This document shows positions 29,093-38,572 of a DNA stretch of 64,000 bases, piece after piece. A program made the translations under genes and the position numbers. Within the stretch, counting starts at the first letter, position 1, and each line of letters begins with the position of its first letter. The notes under the pieces were generated by a model, which worked only from the letters and a program-made list of their open reading frames with translations, was not told the origin of the DNA and made no database searches. Source of the stretch: a virus; the IMG/VR virus record IMGVR_UViG_3300047369_000529, positions 1 through 64,000 of that record. One strand, 5' to 3'.

Positions 29093-30155
29093 AATCACAG
29101 AAGATTTAAAGCAAAAGGTCAGAAGTTTAGTTAAACAAGTTTGTGTAAAAGAACATTCTGATCCTAACAAGCACATGATTAAGGAAATGCCAGGTCGTTT
29201 AAACCTGGCATGCCCTTATTGTGGAGATTCACATAGTGAGACGCATAAAAAAAGAGGTAATTTATATTGGGCGACATTACAATTTCACTGTTTTAATTGC
29301 GGTCAGCACTCTGATCTTTATGGGTTTTTAAAAGATCACCATCTAAAATTTAAAGATACTCAAGATTCTATTACAATCATTGAGTATATTAAGGAACACA
29401 AGGTATCTGTGAACGAAGTTGACACCCTTCAGCACGGCGTGTTTAAAACCCTATATGATTTATCTCCTACTAGAAAAGAATTAAAGGAAGCTTTTAAGCT
29501 TGTAGAAATAGAACCAGGCGATCCTGCATTCTTTTATTTAAAGAATAGATTTCTACATAAAAAATTAAATAACTTCCTATATTCACCTAGAGATAAAAGA
29601 ATATTGGTTTTAAATCTTGCGCCTGAAGGAAAGATAATAGGATTCCAGAGCAGGTCTCTTAGAAAATCTAAGAATTCAAGGTATTTAACCTATGATATAG
29701 AAAAAATATATCAAGAAATGAATAAGGAAATTCCACTAGAAGAAGAGCAGCTTATTTCAGCTAAGAAATTATCTACTCTCTTTGGAATTATGACAGTTAA
29801 TTTTCAAATGCCTTGTACTGTGTTTGAAGGACCTTTAGATTCTCTATTTATGCCCAACTCTATTGCGTTGGCATCTGTTACTAGATCCACTGACGAATTA
29901 GATGAAATACCCACAATAAGATACATGTTTGATAATGACGAAGCAGGTAAAAATAAAATGATGCAAAAGCTTAAAAGAGGAAAACAAGTGTTTACATGGG
30001 ATAAATTTATGTCAGAAACAAAGATGGATAAATATCCTAGCAGTATTAAGGATCTTAACGATCTTGTAATTGCTGCATGGAAAACAAAAAACAAATGCCT
30101 ATCAAATATAGATAAGTATTTTAGTGATTCACGACTAGATGCTTATTATTTATGA
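29076..30155 (+). CDS. DNA primase, T4 gp61-like
   Basis: Zn finger CPYCGDS...FHCFNCG; TOPRIM VFEGPLDSLF, FDND, KDLND. Confidence 0.92.
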   Translation: MKSESKITEDLKQKVRSLVKQVCVKEHSDPNKHMIKEMPGRLNLACPYCGDSHSETHKKRGNLYWATLQFHCFNCGQHSDLYGFLKDHHLKFKDTQDSITIIEYIKEHKVSVNEVDTLQHGVFKTLYDLSPTRKELKEAFKLVEIEPGDPAFFYLKNRFLHKKLNNFLYSPRDKRILVLNLAPEGKIIGFQSRSLRKSKNSRYLTYDIEKIYQEMNKEIPLEEEQLISAKKLSTLFGIMTVNFQMPCTVFEGPLDSLFMPNSIALASVTRSTDELDEIPTIRYMFDNDEAGKNKMMQKLKRGKQVFTWDKFMSETKMDKYPSSIKDLNDLVIAAWKTKNKCLSNIDKYFSDSRLDAYYL

Positions 30156-30358
30156 TAGACTATATTAATATGGTAAACGACGAACTTGACAAATTCGAAG
30201 AAGATGGTAAAAGACATAAAAATCTTAAAATGATTTTAGGGTTTGATTCTACCGACGTTAACCATAAAGAAAAAGAAATTAAAATCACTCCTAAATTTAA
30301 AAAGAAATTTAAAAGTGAAGTATATGTGAAAAGAAATTCTAATAATTCATTATTTTAA
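30152..30358 (+). CDS. hypothetical protein
   Basis: 68 aa, overlapping primase stop (ATGA). Confidence 0.5.
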   Translation: MIDYINMVNDELDKFEEDGKRHKNLKMILGFDSTDVNHKEKEIKITPKFKKKFKSEVYVKRNSNNSLF

Positions 30359-30369
30359 TATAATACAAT

Positions 30370-30804
30370 ATGACAGAACAATCTAATAAATCTAAGATTG
30401 TCCAACTCGACGAATATCTAGCAAACCAAAGATCAGAATGGACTTCTAAAATTAAGGAATTAACCGAAAATTTAAAAGAAGGAATTAACCTGGAAGAAGT
30501 TAGCTCATATACATTGAGTTATAGGCAGATTTTAGTTGAAAACCTTGCAACTATAGGAGGTAAAATAAGAACACAAAAAGGAACTGTCGATAAGATGTAT
30601 AAACAAAAATGGATTGAATATTATAAGTTTGATTATAAGATTACGGATAAACAAAGAGAAAGGTTTATTGAAGCGGATCTTTCAGACGACAAGCAAATTT
30701 TGGATTTACTTGAAAGCCAAAAGGCCTTCATCGAAGGTTCAGTAAAAACTCTTGATAATATGGGCTTTGCAATAAAGAATCGCCTTGATATTTCAAGATT
30801 GTAA
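30370..30804 (+). CDS. uvsY: recombination mediator UvsY-like
   Basis: 144 aa helical; EYY...FIEAD...GFAIKN C-terminal motif; adjacent to uvsW. Confidence 0.7.
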   Translation: MTEQSNKSKIVQLDEYLANQRSEWTSKIKELTENLKEGINLEEVSSYTLSYRQILVENLATIGGKIRTQKGTVDKMYKQKWIEYYKFDYKITDKQRERFIEADLSDDKQILDLLESQKAFIEGSVKTLDNMGFAIKNRLDISRL

Positions 30805-30822
30805 AAAAAGGTTAAATGAAAA

Positions 30823-32331
30823 TTGATTTTAACTCTAACGGAAGACAATCAGTTTCTTAGAATAGACGAAGCTGAGGAATTAGAATTAGAGCAGATTAAA
30901 ATATCTTTAACTAAAAGAATTGATAGTTGGAGATTTAATCCTCTAGTTAAAAAAGGAATATGGGACGGATATGTTTCATATATTAAAGACGATAAGTGGA
31001 TTCCTGCTGGTCTTTGGAGATATGTTATGCTCATATGTAAGGAGTATAAGTTTGACCTAAAACTCAATGGAATTCAAAGACTTTTTGATAGAAACATAAA
31101 TGCAGAATCCTTTGAAGAATGGGCTTTAGAATTTTTTAAGGGTAGTAAATTTACGCCAAGAGACTATCAGGTAGAAACATCATTTAACATTCTTAAATTT
31201 AGAAGGTGCTTAGCTGAATTAGCGACTTCAGCCGGAAAAACACTTATTAGTTTTTTAACAGTCGCATACATGTTAGAAAAAGAAAAAGCAGAAAAGATAT
31301 TATTTATAGTTCCTAATGTTTCTTTAGTCGTACAGGCTCACGAAGATTTTCATGAATACAATAATAAGAATAGAATAAAACTAAAAATACAACAGATATA
31401 CGCAGGTCAAAAAATAAAGTCAGATCGAAATGTAGTAATAGGTACATATCAATCTCTAGTTAAAAAATCCAAAGAATACTTTCAACAATTCGATGCAGTT
31501 ATTGTAGATGAAACACACAAAGCAAAGTCCAATTCTATTAAGACGATATTACAAAAATGTACTAACGCAAAATATAAGTATGGTTTATCAGGTACAATTC
31601 CTAAAGATGGATCTTTGGACAAGTTAACGTTAATGAGTCAGACAGGTCCAGTAATCAGCGAAGTAAAAGCAAACTTTTTACAAAGAGAAGGACATATTGC
31701 AAAATGCAAAGTAAAGGTTATTGAAATGGATTATGCTCCTGAAGCAAGCAAAAAGGCATTCGAAGAATTAGCATTTAACAAGTATGATAGAAAAGATGTT
31801 TTTCAATTAGAACAAAACTATATAATTAATTCTTTTGGTAGATTAAACTTTATATGTAGCGTTATAGGAAGAGTTCCTAAGAATTCATTGGTGTTATTTC
31901 ATAGAATTGAACACGGTAAAAAAATATACGAACATCTAAGGCAAAACACTGACAAAAGAGTCTATTATGTAGACGGTGGAACAGATAAAGATATTAGAGA
32001 AGAATATAAAAAGAAAATGGAAGCAGGTGACGAGGTAGTTATCGTCGCGAGTTATGGTACTTTCTCAACGGGTATATCAATTAAGAAAATACATAACATT
32101 TTCTTTACAGAATCTTTTAAGTCCGAGGTAATCATCAGACAGTCTATAGGTAGAGGTCTAAGACAGCATGAATCAAAAGAGGCAGTATTAATAGTTGATT
32201 TTGTAGATGACATTAGAACTGACGAATGGGACAATTATCTATATAAACATAGCAAGGCTAGACAGAAAATATATAAACAAGAGAAATTTGAGTATAGTAT
32301 TAAGAAAGTCAAATTTGAAGGAGATATATAG
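30823..32331 (+). CDS. uvsW: SF2 DNA helicase UvsW
   Basis: WDG, PRDYQ, ATSAGKT, DETH, GLSGT, STGISIK, QSIGRGLR. Confidence 0.93.
   Translation: MILTLTEDNQFLRIDEAEELELEQIKISLTKRIDSWRFNPLVKKGIWDGYVSYIKDDKWIPAGLWRYVMLICKEYKFDLKLNGIQRLFDRNINAESFEEWALEFFKGSKFTPRDYQVETSFNILKFRRCLAELATSAGKTLISFLTVAYMLEKEKAEKILFIVPNVSLVVQAHEDFHEYNNKNRIKLKIQQIYAGQKIKSDRNVVIGTYQSLVKKSKEYFQQFDAVIVDETHKAKSNSIKTILQKCTNAKYKYGLSGTIPKDGSLDKLTLMSQTGPVISEVKANFLQREGHIAKCKVKVIEMDYAPEASKKAFEELAFNKYDRKDVFQLEQNYIINSFGRLNFICSVIGRVPKNSLVLFHRIEHGKKIYEHLRQNTDKRVYYVDGGTDKDIREEYKKKMEAGDEVVIVASYGTFSTGISIKKIHNIFFTESFKSEVIIRQSIGRGLRQHESKEAVLIVDFVDDIRTDEWDNYLYKHSKARQKIYKQEKFEYSIKKVKFEGDI
32322..32330 (+). promoter_or_regulatory. putative late promoter AGATATATA
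   Basis: 33 bp before the first internal-protein gene. Confidence 0.55.
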
Positions 32332-32363
32332 AATAACGAAACAAAATTAAATTTTATAATAAA

Positions 32364-33941
32364 ATGGCAGAAATCAATAAAATTTCTTCTTTTAAGTCTT
32401 TTACTGAGATCAGAAAACAAGAGAACGCTAATAAACTTAGAGAAGAAAATAATTTAAAAAGACAAGAGGCTGTTGGTAAAATAGCCACTATATTAGATGA
32501 ACTAGGACTAACTTCTTTTGAAGGTTTAGAAGAAGATCAAAAAGAAACAATCATCTCAAAAATATTTGGAGACGTTTCTGAAGAAGAACTTGCAGAAATT
32601 GAGGTTGAAGTTGAAAAAGAAGTTGAAGAAACGGAAGAGTCGGAAGAGCAAGTTTCAGAAGCCTTAGATATTAGATATAAGAGAGATGCTAAAAAGGTAG
32701 TAACTCAATTTAAAAAGATTTTTGCAGAGTTAGGAAGTCTAACAGCAGATAAAGTAACTTATTTAGGAGCTATTAAATATTTATATAATGAAGCTCTAAC
32801 TGATGCTAACTTTCATTCAGCGAGATCAGCTACTGAAAAAATTATTAAAGGTAGATTAAACAGTATTTCAGTTTCTCCTGAATCTTTAGGAAAACATGCA
32901 ATTATCGTTGGTGCAAAAAACATTATGAAAATTCTAGATGAATATTATTCTAGAATTTCAAATGCAGCGGGATGGTCAGGTCCTGGAATTGCTGAAGGAA
33001 CAGCAATGTATTTAGAATCTATTGGTGAAGGTTCAACCGCTGAAAAATTATTAGTAGGTTTTAATGCAGCTAATGAGAGCGTTGAATACCAATTATCAGA
33101 AGAAGAAATATCATTAAAGGAGTCTAACCTTATTTTTGAAGCAACCGTTACAATGGACGCTATGAATCCTAAAGATAAAGATTTCTTAAAATTCTTAAAG
33201 AAGAATAGCGTTAAAATTATCGATATGGTAAAATCAGGACCAACTGGTCACCCTGAAATTACTATGCAGGGTAAAAGAGAGGATTTAGAAGCGGTATTAG
33301 CAGATGGAGAATTAGGATGGGATGATGCAGGTTTAGCAGACTATATTGAAGAGTCAGCTACAATCGTTCTTAATGAAGGAACTAGAGGCCAATTTGGTAA
33401 AATAGACAGAAAGGGAAATATTACTTCAGTTTATACTCACTACGATTCTTACCCAGAAAATATGTTACCTATTATTAAATCAACATTTAAAAGCGGTAAG
33501 AATGTAGATTTCGTTCTTAAGAATGGAGACAATTCAGGTCTAGATAAAGACATTAAGAAAATTAATTTCTACGGCGGAGATTCTAATTTAATGACAGGTA
33601 ATATTAAGAGCATTAATGATTATATTAAAAACGCAAATTACGAAGCTGGTGCAGAATTCGTTTATTTATGGGATGAAAAATCTAAAAAATGGATGATGGC
33701 AGACATTTATGCAGAAACTGGATTAGTTCCAGCATTTGAATCTGTAGTTAACGAATCAGAAGCTGAAAATATCTTACAAGATCTTTTAGACGAAAGAGGA
33801 GGAGACATGGGAGAATTACATGGCATGGAAATGGAAGATGCTTTAGATACAGTTGAATCTTATGGACATAAAGGTTCTAAAGCAAAAAAGATTGCACAAG
33901 AATTAGTTTCACTATGTAACGAATCCGTGGCTACTAACTAA
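32364..33941 (+). CDS. putative capsid-internal modular polyprotein
   Basis: ISSFKSFTE CTS-like start; modules delimited by VSE, IFE, LNE, ESVVNE. Confidence 0.55.
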   Translation: MAEINKISSFKSFTEIRKQENANKLREENNLKRQEAVGKIATILDELGLTSFEGLEEDQKETIISKIFGDVSEEELAEIEVEVEKEVEETEESEEQVSEALDIRYKRDAKKVVTQFKKIFAELGSLTADKVTYLGAIKYLYNEALTDANFHSARSATEKIIKGRLNSISVSPESLGKHAIIVGAKNIMKILDEYYSRISNAAGWSGPGIAEGTAMYLESIGEGSTAEKLLVGFNAANESVEYQLSEEEISLKESNLIFEATVTMDAMNPKDKDFLKFLKKNSVKIIDMVKSGPTGHPEITMQGKREDLEAVLADGELGWDDAGLADYIEESATIVLNEGTRGQFGKIDRKGNITSVYTHYDSYPENMLPIIKSTFKSGKNVDFVLKNGDNSGLDKDIKKINFYGGDSNLMTGNIKSINDYIKNANYEAGAEFVYLWDEKSKKWMMADIYAETGLVPAFESVVNESEAENILQDLLDERGGDMGELHGMEMEDALDTVESYGHKGSKAKKIAQELVSLCNESVATN

Positions 33942-33953
33942 ACATACAATAAC

Positions 33954-34157
33954 ATGAAAAAATTAATTGAATTTATTAAAAAGGCATTTAATGCAGTTAA
34001 GACCTGGGTTGTTGCAAACGGAGTTGAAGGTGTTTTAGGCCTTATCGCTGGACTTGCCCTATGGGCGTTTGGCTATAAAATCTATGCTGGATTTGCATTT
34101 GGCGTATTTGCAACTCGTAACTGGGACCTATTTAAATCCTGGGTAAAAGGATTATAA
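33954..34157 (+). CDS. small membrane protein (two Gly-rich hydrophobic segments)
   Basis: GVLGLIAGLALWAFG and IYAGFAFGVFA; basic amphipathic N-terminus. Confidence 0.55.
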   Translation: MKKLIEFIKKAFNAVKTWVVANGVEGVLGLIAGLALWAFGYKIYAGFAFGVFATRNWDLFKSWVKGL

Positions 34158-34221
34158 ATTAAAAAAAAAATTGGCTTATAATTTTTCTAGGTCGATTTTT
34201 TTAATTATATTAGTAATATAA

Positions 34222-35595
34222 ATGAAACTAGATAACAACTTCGTAGACTTTATTCAGCATCATGCAGATATGCAAGGTATGACTAGAGAAGAATATGTTG
34301 CTCATTTCTTATCAGAAAGATACGATAATAAAATTTTAACATTTGACGAATTTATCGTTGAGAAGTTTTCTAATCTACAAGAAGCTTTAATCTTAGAAGG
34401 CGGTGCTGCAGGGCATATGTCACATCCATTTGATGAGAAAGATTTAACGTTTGCAGATTTTAAAACAATAGTAAAATCAGGTCTTCAAGGAGAATTAAAC
34501 TTTGAAGAAGTTGCAACAGAAAAAACAGACGGCCAAAATTTATTTGCCACCGTAAGAAACGGAGTTACTCTATTTTCTAGAAATAAAGGCCAATTAATTA
34601 GCCCAGTCGATTTAGACGGGATTATAAAAATGTTTGAAGAGCATGAAGTTCCTTTAGTAAGAGAAACATATGTGTTTGCTGCTAAAGACCTAAATGAAGC
34701 TCTTCCAAAGATGAAGGATCAGTCTATATTTAATGAAGGTAAGAACTTTATTAATATGGAATTAATTTACTCTAAGAATCCTAATGTTATTTATTATGAA
34801 AGAGATGTTTTACAATTCCACGATATTAAGGAAACTGATGGAAATGGAAATATTATTGGAGAGCAAAAAATAGCAGGAGAGCTTGTTTCCGCATTAAAAG
34901 AAGTTGATGCTGATGTTCAAAAAACATTTACAATAATTCCCCCTCAAATATTAAAATTAGGAAAAGATATTGATTTTGAAAAAAATCATGCTAAATTTAT
35001 AAAACAAATTGAAGCACTAAGAGATCGTTATAATCTAACAGATAGTGACGAGGTTTCTAGGTATCATGAAATGTGGTGGAGAGAAACTATCGATGAAAAT
35101 TTCCCTAATCTACAACAAGACTATAAAGAAGGTTTATTATTAAGATGGGCCTATGGAGATAAGAAAACTCTTAACATGAGAAGTCTTGCAAAGGAAATAG
35201 GAAAAGATGAAGCAGCGGCGGTTAAGAAATTCGACAAAGAAGATGTTAAAAAGAAATATAAAGAAAACATTAGACCTTTCGAAGATTTATTTTTAGAATT
35301 AGGGTCTATAATTCTTAAAAATGCGTCCAATTTTGTAGCAGCTAATCCTGACAAAGAAATGCAAAGATTGCATAATCAGATTAGAACAGAGGCTGATAAA
35401 ATTAAGAAAGGCGGAAGCGTTGCTCAGATCGAAAAGGTAATGAAAGAATTAGAGAGATTAGATAGAATTGGTGGAGTAGAATCTATTATACCAACCGAAG
35501 GGATAGTTTTCGTATATAAAGGAAAAACTATGAAATTAACGGGTACATTTGCCGCTATTAATCAATTAATGGGCGTTATAAAGTACGGAAGATAA
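34222..35595 (+). CDS. ATP-grasp ligase-like (covalent nucleotidyltransferase superfamily) protein
   Basis: Motif I TEKTDGQN, motif III-like NMEL, motif IV EGIVF, motif V-like MKLTG; N-terminal GGAAGHM.HP after ILE. Confidence 0.6.
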   Translation: MKLDNNFVDFIQHHADMQGMTREEYVAHFLSERYDNKILTFDEFIVEKFSNLQEALILEGGAAGHMSHPFDEKDLTFADFKTIVKSGLQGELNFEEVATEKTDGQNLFATVRNGVTLFSRNKGQLISPVDLDGIIKMFEEHEVPLVRETYVFAAKDLNEALPKMKDQSIFNEGKNFINMELIYSKNPNVIYYERDVLQFHDIKETDGNGNIIGEQKIAGELVSALKEVDADVQKTFTIIPPQILKLGKDIDFEKNHAKFIKQIEALRDRYNLTDSDEVSRYHEMWWRETIDENFPNLQQDYKEGLLLRWAYGDKKTLNMRSLAKEIGKDEAAAVKKFDKEDVKKKYKENIRPFEDLFLELGSIILKNASNFVAANPDKEMQRLHNQIRTEADKIKKGGSVAQIEKVMKELERLDRIGGVESIIPTEGIVFVYKGKTMKLTGTFAAINQLMGVIKYGR

Positions 35596-35605
35596 ATAAT
35601 AAGAT

Positions 35606-37480
35606 ATGGCACTTAAAAAAATAAGACAAGTATTTCAAGAAACTAACATTAATGCATTTCAGGATCTTCTGAAAAATAGAATTTTAGTTACTGAAAAAAT
35701 ACAAGGTTCATCTTTTCACGTAAGAAGAAACGTAGAAAGGTTTGAATATTTTAAATCTGGAGATATTCGTATGAATATGATAGATAGAACTATCGTAGGA
35801 CTATACGAAACAGGGGTTAAACATATTCAAAGTTTAGATCCTTCAATTAAAGAAGAAATGCCAACGGATTGGAAATTTGGATTTGAATATCTTCCTGAAT
35901 TAGAAATATCACAATACAAATATACTAAACTTCCTAAGAATAATTTAATATTAACACATATACAAACGTTATCTGAGTCAGGTAAAGTTAAAAAAACTAT
36001 TTATGACCCTTCTGTTTTAAACAAATGGGCAAAAAAATTAGAAGTTCAAGGACCTAGCATAGTATTTGATGGAACTTTAAATCAAAATCAAAAAACAGAA
36101 TTAATAAATCTTTTATCTATGTCAGATAAAGAATTTGTAGAGTCGTTTGACTATGATAGATCTACGGATTTTAAAACTTCATTTACACAGAAAATAATAA
36201 AGATTTTTAATCCAAATCAAACTTCACCAATATTGAATGAAGATTTTGAGGTTGAGATTGATGGTCTAATAATTTCATTTATAGACGGAAAGAAAGTAAA
36301 ATCTTTTAAATTAGAAGACTTTACTAGAAACAACGAGAGCAACTCTAAGGAATCTAGTCACATGTATCAGATTACTATAGCTGATCTAATCGAATATCTT
36401 TCTTCATTTGACATGAACTCTGTTCAACTAAACGAAGAAACAGCAGATCTTAGGTACATTGAATTAATGTCCGTTATATTTAATAAATATGTAAATGAAA
36501 ATTCTACTAAATTTATAGGAGTTAACTTTGAATCAGCCGACTTTGCAAGCCATAGCGTATTTAAACTAAATAGTAAATACATTAAAAACGAAACCACACT
36601 TTCTTTAGTGGAAAACGAAATACTTTCAGAATTATTTAAAATAACGCTCGGATCTTTTAGAAAAAAGAGAAATAAAGAAAGCGATATTCTAAATAAAGAA
36701 ATGATAGAGCATTTAAATAATATAGTAGAAGAAATAGATAAAAAGATATTCGTTGAAAACACCGACGAAAATTCAATATATGACTTTAACAATTTTATAT
36801 TACATAACAAAGTAAAGACTAGTGTTAATTTAAATGAAGCGCTTAAGGTAGATCATCCTGAACAAGGAGGAGAATTAGTAAATATGTTTGTTGGTAGATT
36901 CCAACCATTTACACTTGGACATGCTAAAGTATTAGAAACTATACACAAAGAAAATGGATATCCTGTTGTAGTATTATTAGTCAAAGCAAAGAATAAGAAA
37001 AAAGAAGACGCTTTTAAAAGACCTTATGATGAAAAAACGCAACTTAAGATGTTTAAGGCGGTTCAAAAACAATATCCATTCCTAAAAGAAATTTTTGTAA
37101 TTCCAACAGGAGGTATTGATACTATGTTCAATGCAATGAGACCTAAATATGAACCTGTATTATGGGGAACAGGAAGTGATAGAATGAAAACTTACGGATT
37201 CCAAGTAAATAAAGATTCTTATAGAGAAGATCTTGGAGTTAGAAGCGACTTTAGATTATTTGAAATTCCAAGAACAGATGATAATATTTCAGCGACTCAG
37301 GTTAGAAACGCAATGCTAGACGGAGATGAAGGATTATTTAAGTCAACAACACCCAAAGCATTACATAAAATGTATGGCGAACTTAAGAAAAAATTAGAAG
37401 ATTCAGTAGGTACTTCAGAATCAAATGAAGTTGCTGAATCATTATTAACATTTAAACAATTTTTAGAAAACAATGGATAG
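35606..37480 (+). CDS. fusion: degenerate ligase-like domain plus HIGH-family cytidylyl/adenylyltransferase
   Basis: N-term TEKIQGSSF, DGLII, FKL; C-term VGRFQPFTLGH, GSDR, ISATQVR; domains separated by LNEA. Confidence 0.65.
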   Translation: MALKKIRQVFQETNINAFQDLLKNRILVTEKIQGSSFHVRRNVERFEYFKSGDIRMNMIDRTIVGLYETGVKHIQSLDPSIKEEMPTDWKFGFEYLPELEISQYKYTKLPKNNLILTHIQTLSESGKVKKTIYDPSVLNKWAKKLEVQGPSIVFDGTLNQNQKTELINLLSMSDKEFVESFDYDRSTDFKTSFTQKIIKIFNPNQTSPILNEDFEVEIDGLIISFIDGKKVKSFKLEDFTRNNESNSKESSHMYQITIADLIEYLSSFDMNSVQLNEETADLRYIELMSVIFNKYVNENSTKFIGVNFESADFASHSVFKLNSKYIKNETTLSLVENEILSELFKITLGSFRKKRNKESDILNKEMIEHLNNIVEEIDKKIFVENTDENSIYDFNNFILHNKVKTSVNLNEALKVDHPEQGGELVNMFVGRFQPFTLGHAKVLETIHKENGYPVVVLLVKAKNKKKEDAFKRPYDEKTQLKMFKAVQKQYPFLKEIFVIPTGGIDTMFNAMRPKYEPVLWGTGSDRMKTYGFQVNKDSYREDLGVRSDFRLFEIPRTDDNISATQVRNAMLDGDEGLFKSTTPKALHKMYGELKKKLEDSVGTSESNEVAESLLTFKQFLENNG

Positions 37481-38552
37481 GTACGATTTTGAAAGAGCAC
37501 TACATAGTGCTGCAAAAACCAATGCTGAAAATGAAGCGTTAATTATAGAATCCTATATTGGAGTTGCAACGACCGGAAGTAAATCTGCCCAACAGAATTT
37601 ATTTAATTCAATTAATAGAACATTTAAAAAGAATAAGTGTCCATGGCAAGGTGTTAAGTTTACTTCAACACAGGATGTTAAACAACAACCTGATGGTAGG
37701 TTATGGCTTTCTAAAATGGATGACGATACATTCGGAGTAGTTTTTCAATATTTAATGTTAAATAAAAGCGAAGCAAACGAATTGTTTAATATTGGAAGAG
37801 ACGATAATGGAATTGGTGCTGGAGAAATAATGCTAGCGTATATTGTAGAAAATATAAAAATAGGTGGAGGTGCGGCCGATACTGACTTAGAATTATATAA
37901 TGAAAGGTGGTCACCAATTAAACCACCCCTTGGTAAATGTGAGTTAAAAGAAGCTCAAATGTCAAAGGGCATGTTACAAAATTGGAGAACAGGTGCAAAA
38001 CACCAGGGAATTAATAGTACTTATGTACCGAAGTTAACGGCATTATATGACGCAGTAAAATATAATATTGAAGAAATCAACCCGGACGGAGATGGTAAAG
38101 ATATGGCTGCCGGTGGAGGTTGGATAAATGAATGGGGAACTGTAGGTGGAAAAAGATTTAAGCATATTCAAAATTTAACTAAGACAGATATTCAGGCCCT
38201 TTCTTCTAGTGAAAGAGATTTTAAAATAGGTCCTGGAGATAAAGATAACGGCGCATTAGTAATTAAATTTAATGACGTAGAATTAGGAAAGCTAAGTGAC
38301 TCTAAAACTGCAGAAAAAATTAAAAGTATAATAGAGACTGAGCCTTCCGTTAGAACATTTACTGAAATACAAGACGATGTAATTTCAGCAGTAGGAGATA
38401 TACCTACTCCATTCCTTTTTATAGAGTCTAAAGATCATGAAATAGTAGCTTTTCACTATTACAAGAAATTACCTGGAAAAACTAGCGAATTACAAATATA
38501 TTCTATTACACAAGGTAAATTTAAATATAAAATAAAGCCTAACCGAGTTTAA
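37473..38552 (+). CDS. hypothetical protein, possible PD-(D/E)XK nuclease fold
   Basis: GIGAGE...DTDL...CELK arrangement. Confidence 0.4.
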   Translation: MDRYDFERALHSAAKTNAENEALIIESYIGVATTGSKSAQQNLFNSINRTFKKNKCPWQGVKFTSTQDVKQQPDGRLWLSKMDDDTFGVVFQYLMLNKSEANELFNIGRDDNGIGAGEIMLAYIVENIKIGGGAADTDLELYNERWSPIKPPLGKCELKEAQMSKGMLQNWRTGAKHQGINSTYVPKLTALYDAVKYNIEEINPDGDGKDMAAGGGWINEWGTVGGKRFKHIQNLTKTDIQALSSSERDFKIGPGDKDNGALVIKFNDVELGKLSDSKTAEKIKSIIETEPSVRTFTEIQDDVISAVGDIPTPFLFIESKDHEIVAFHYYKKLPGKTSELQIYSITQGKFKYKIKPNRV

Positions 38553-38572
38553 ATAAACAAATACAAATAAAA

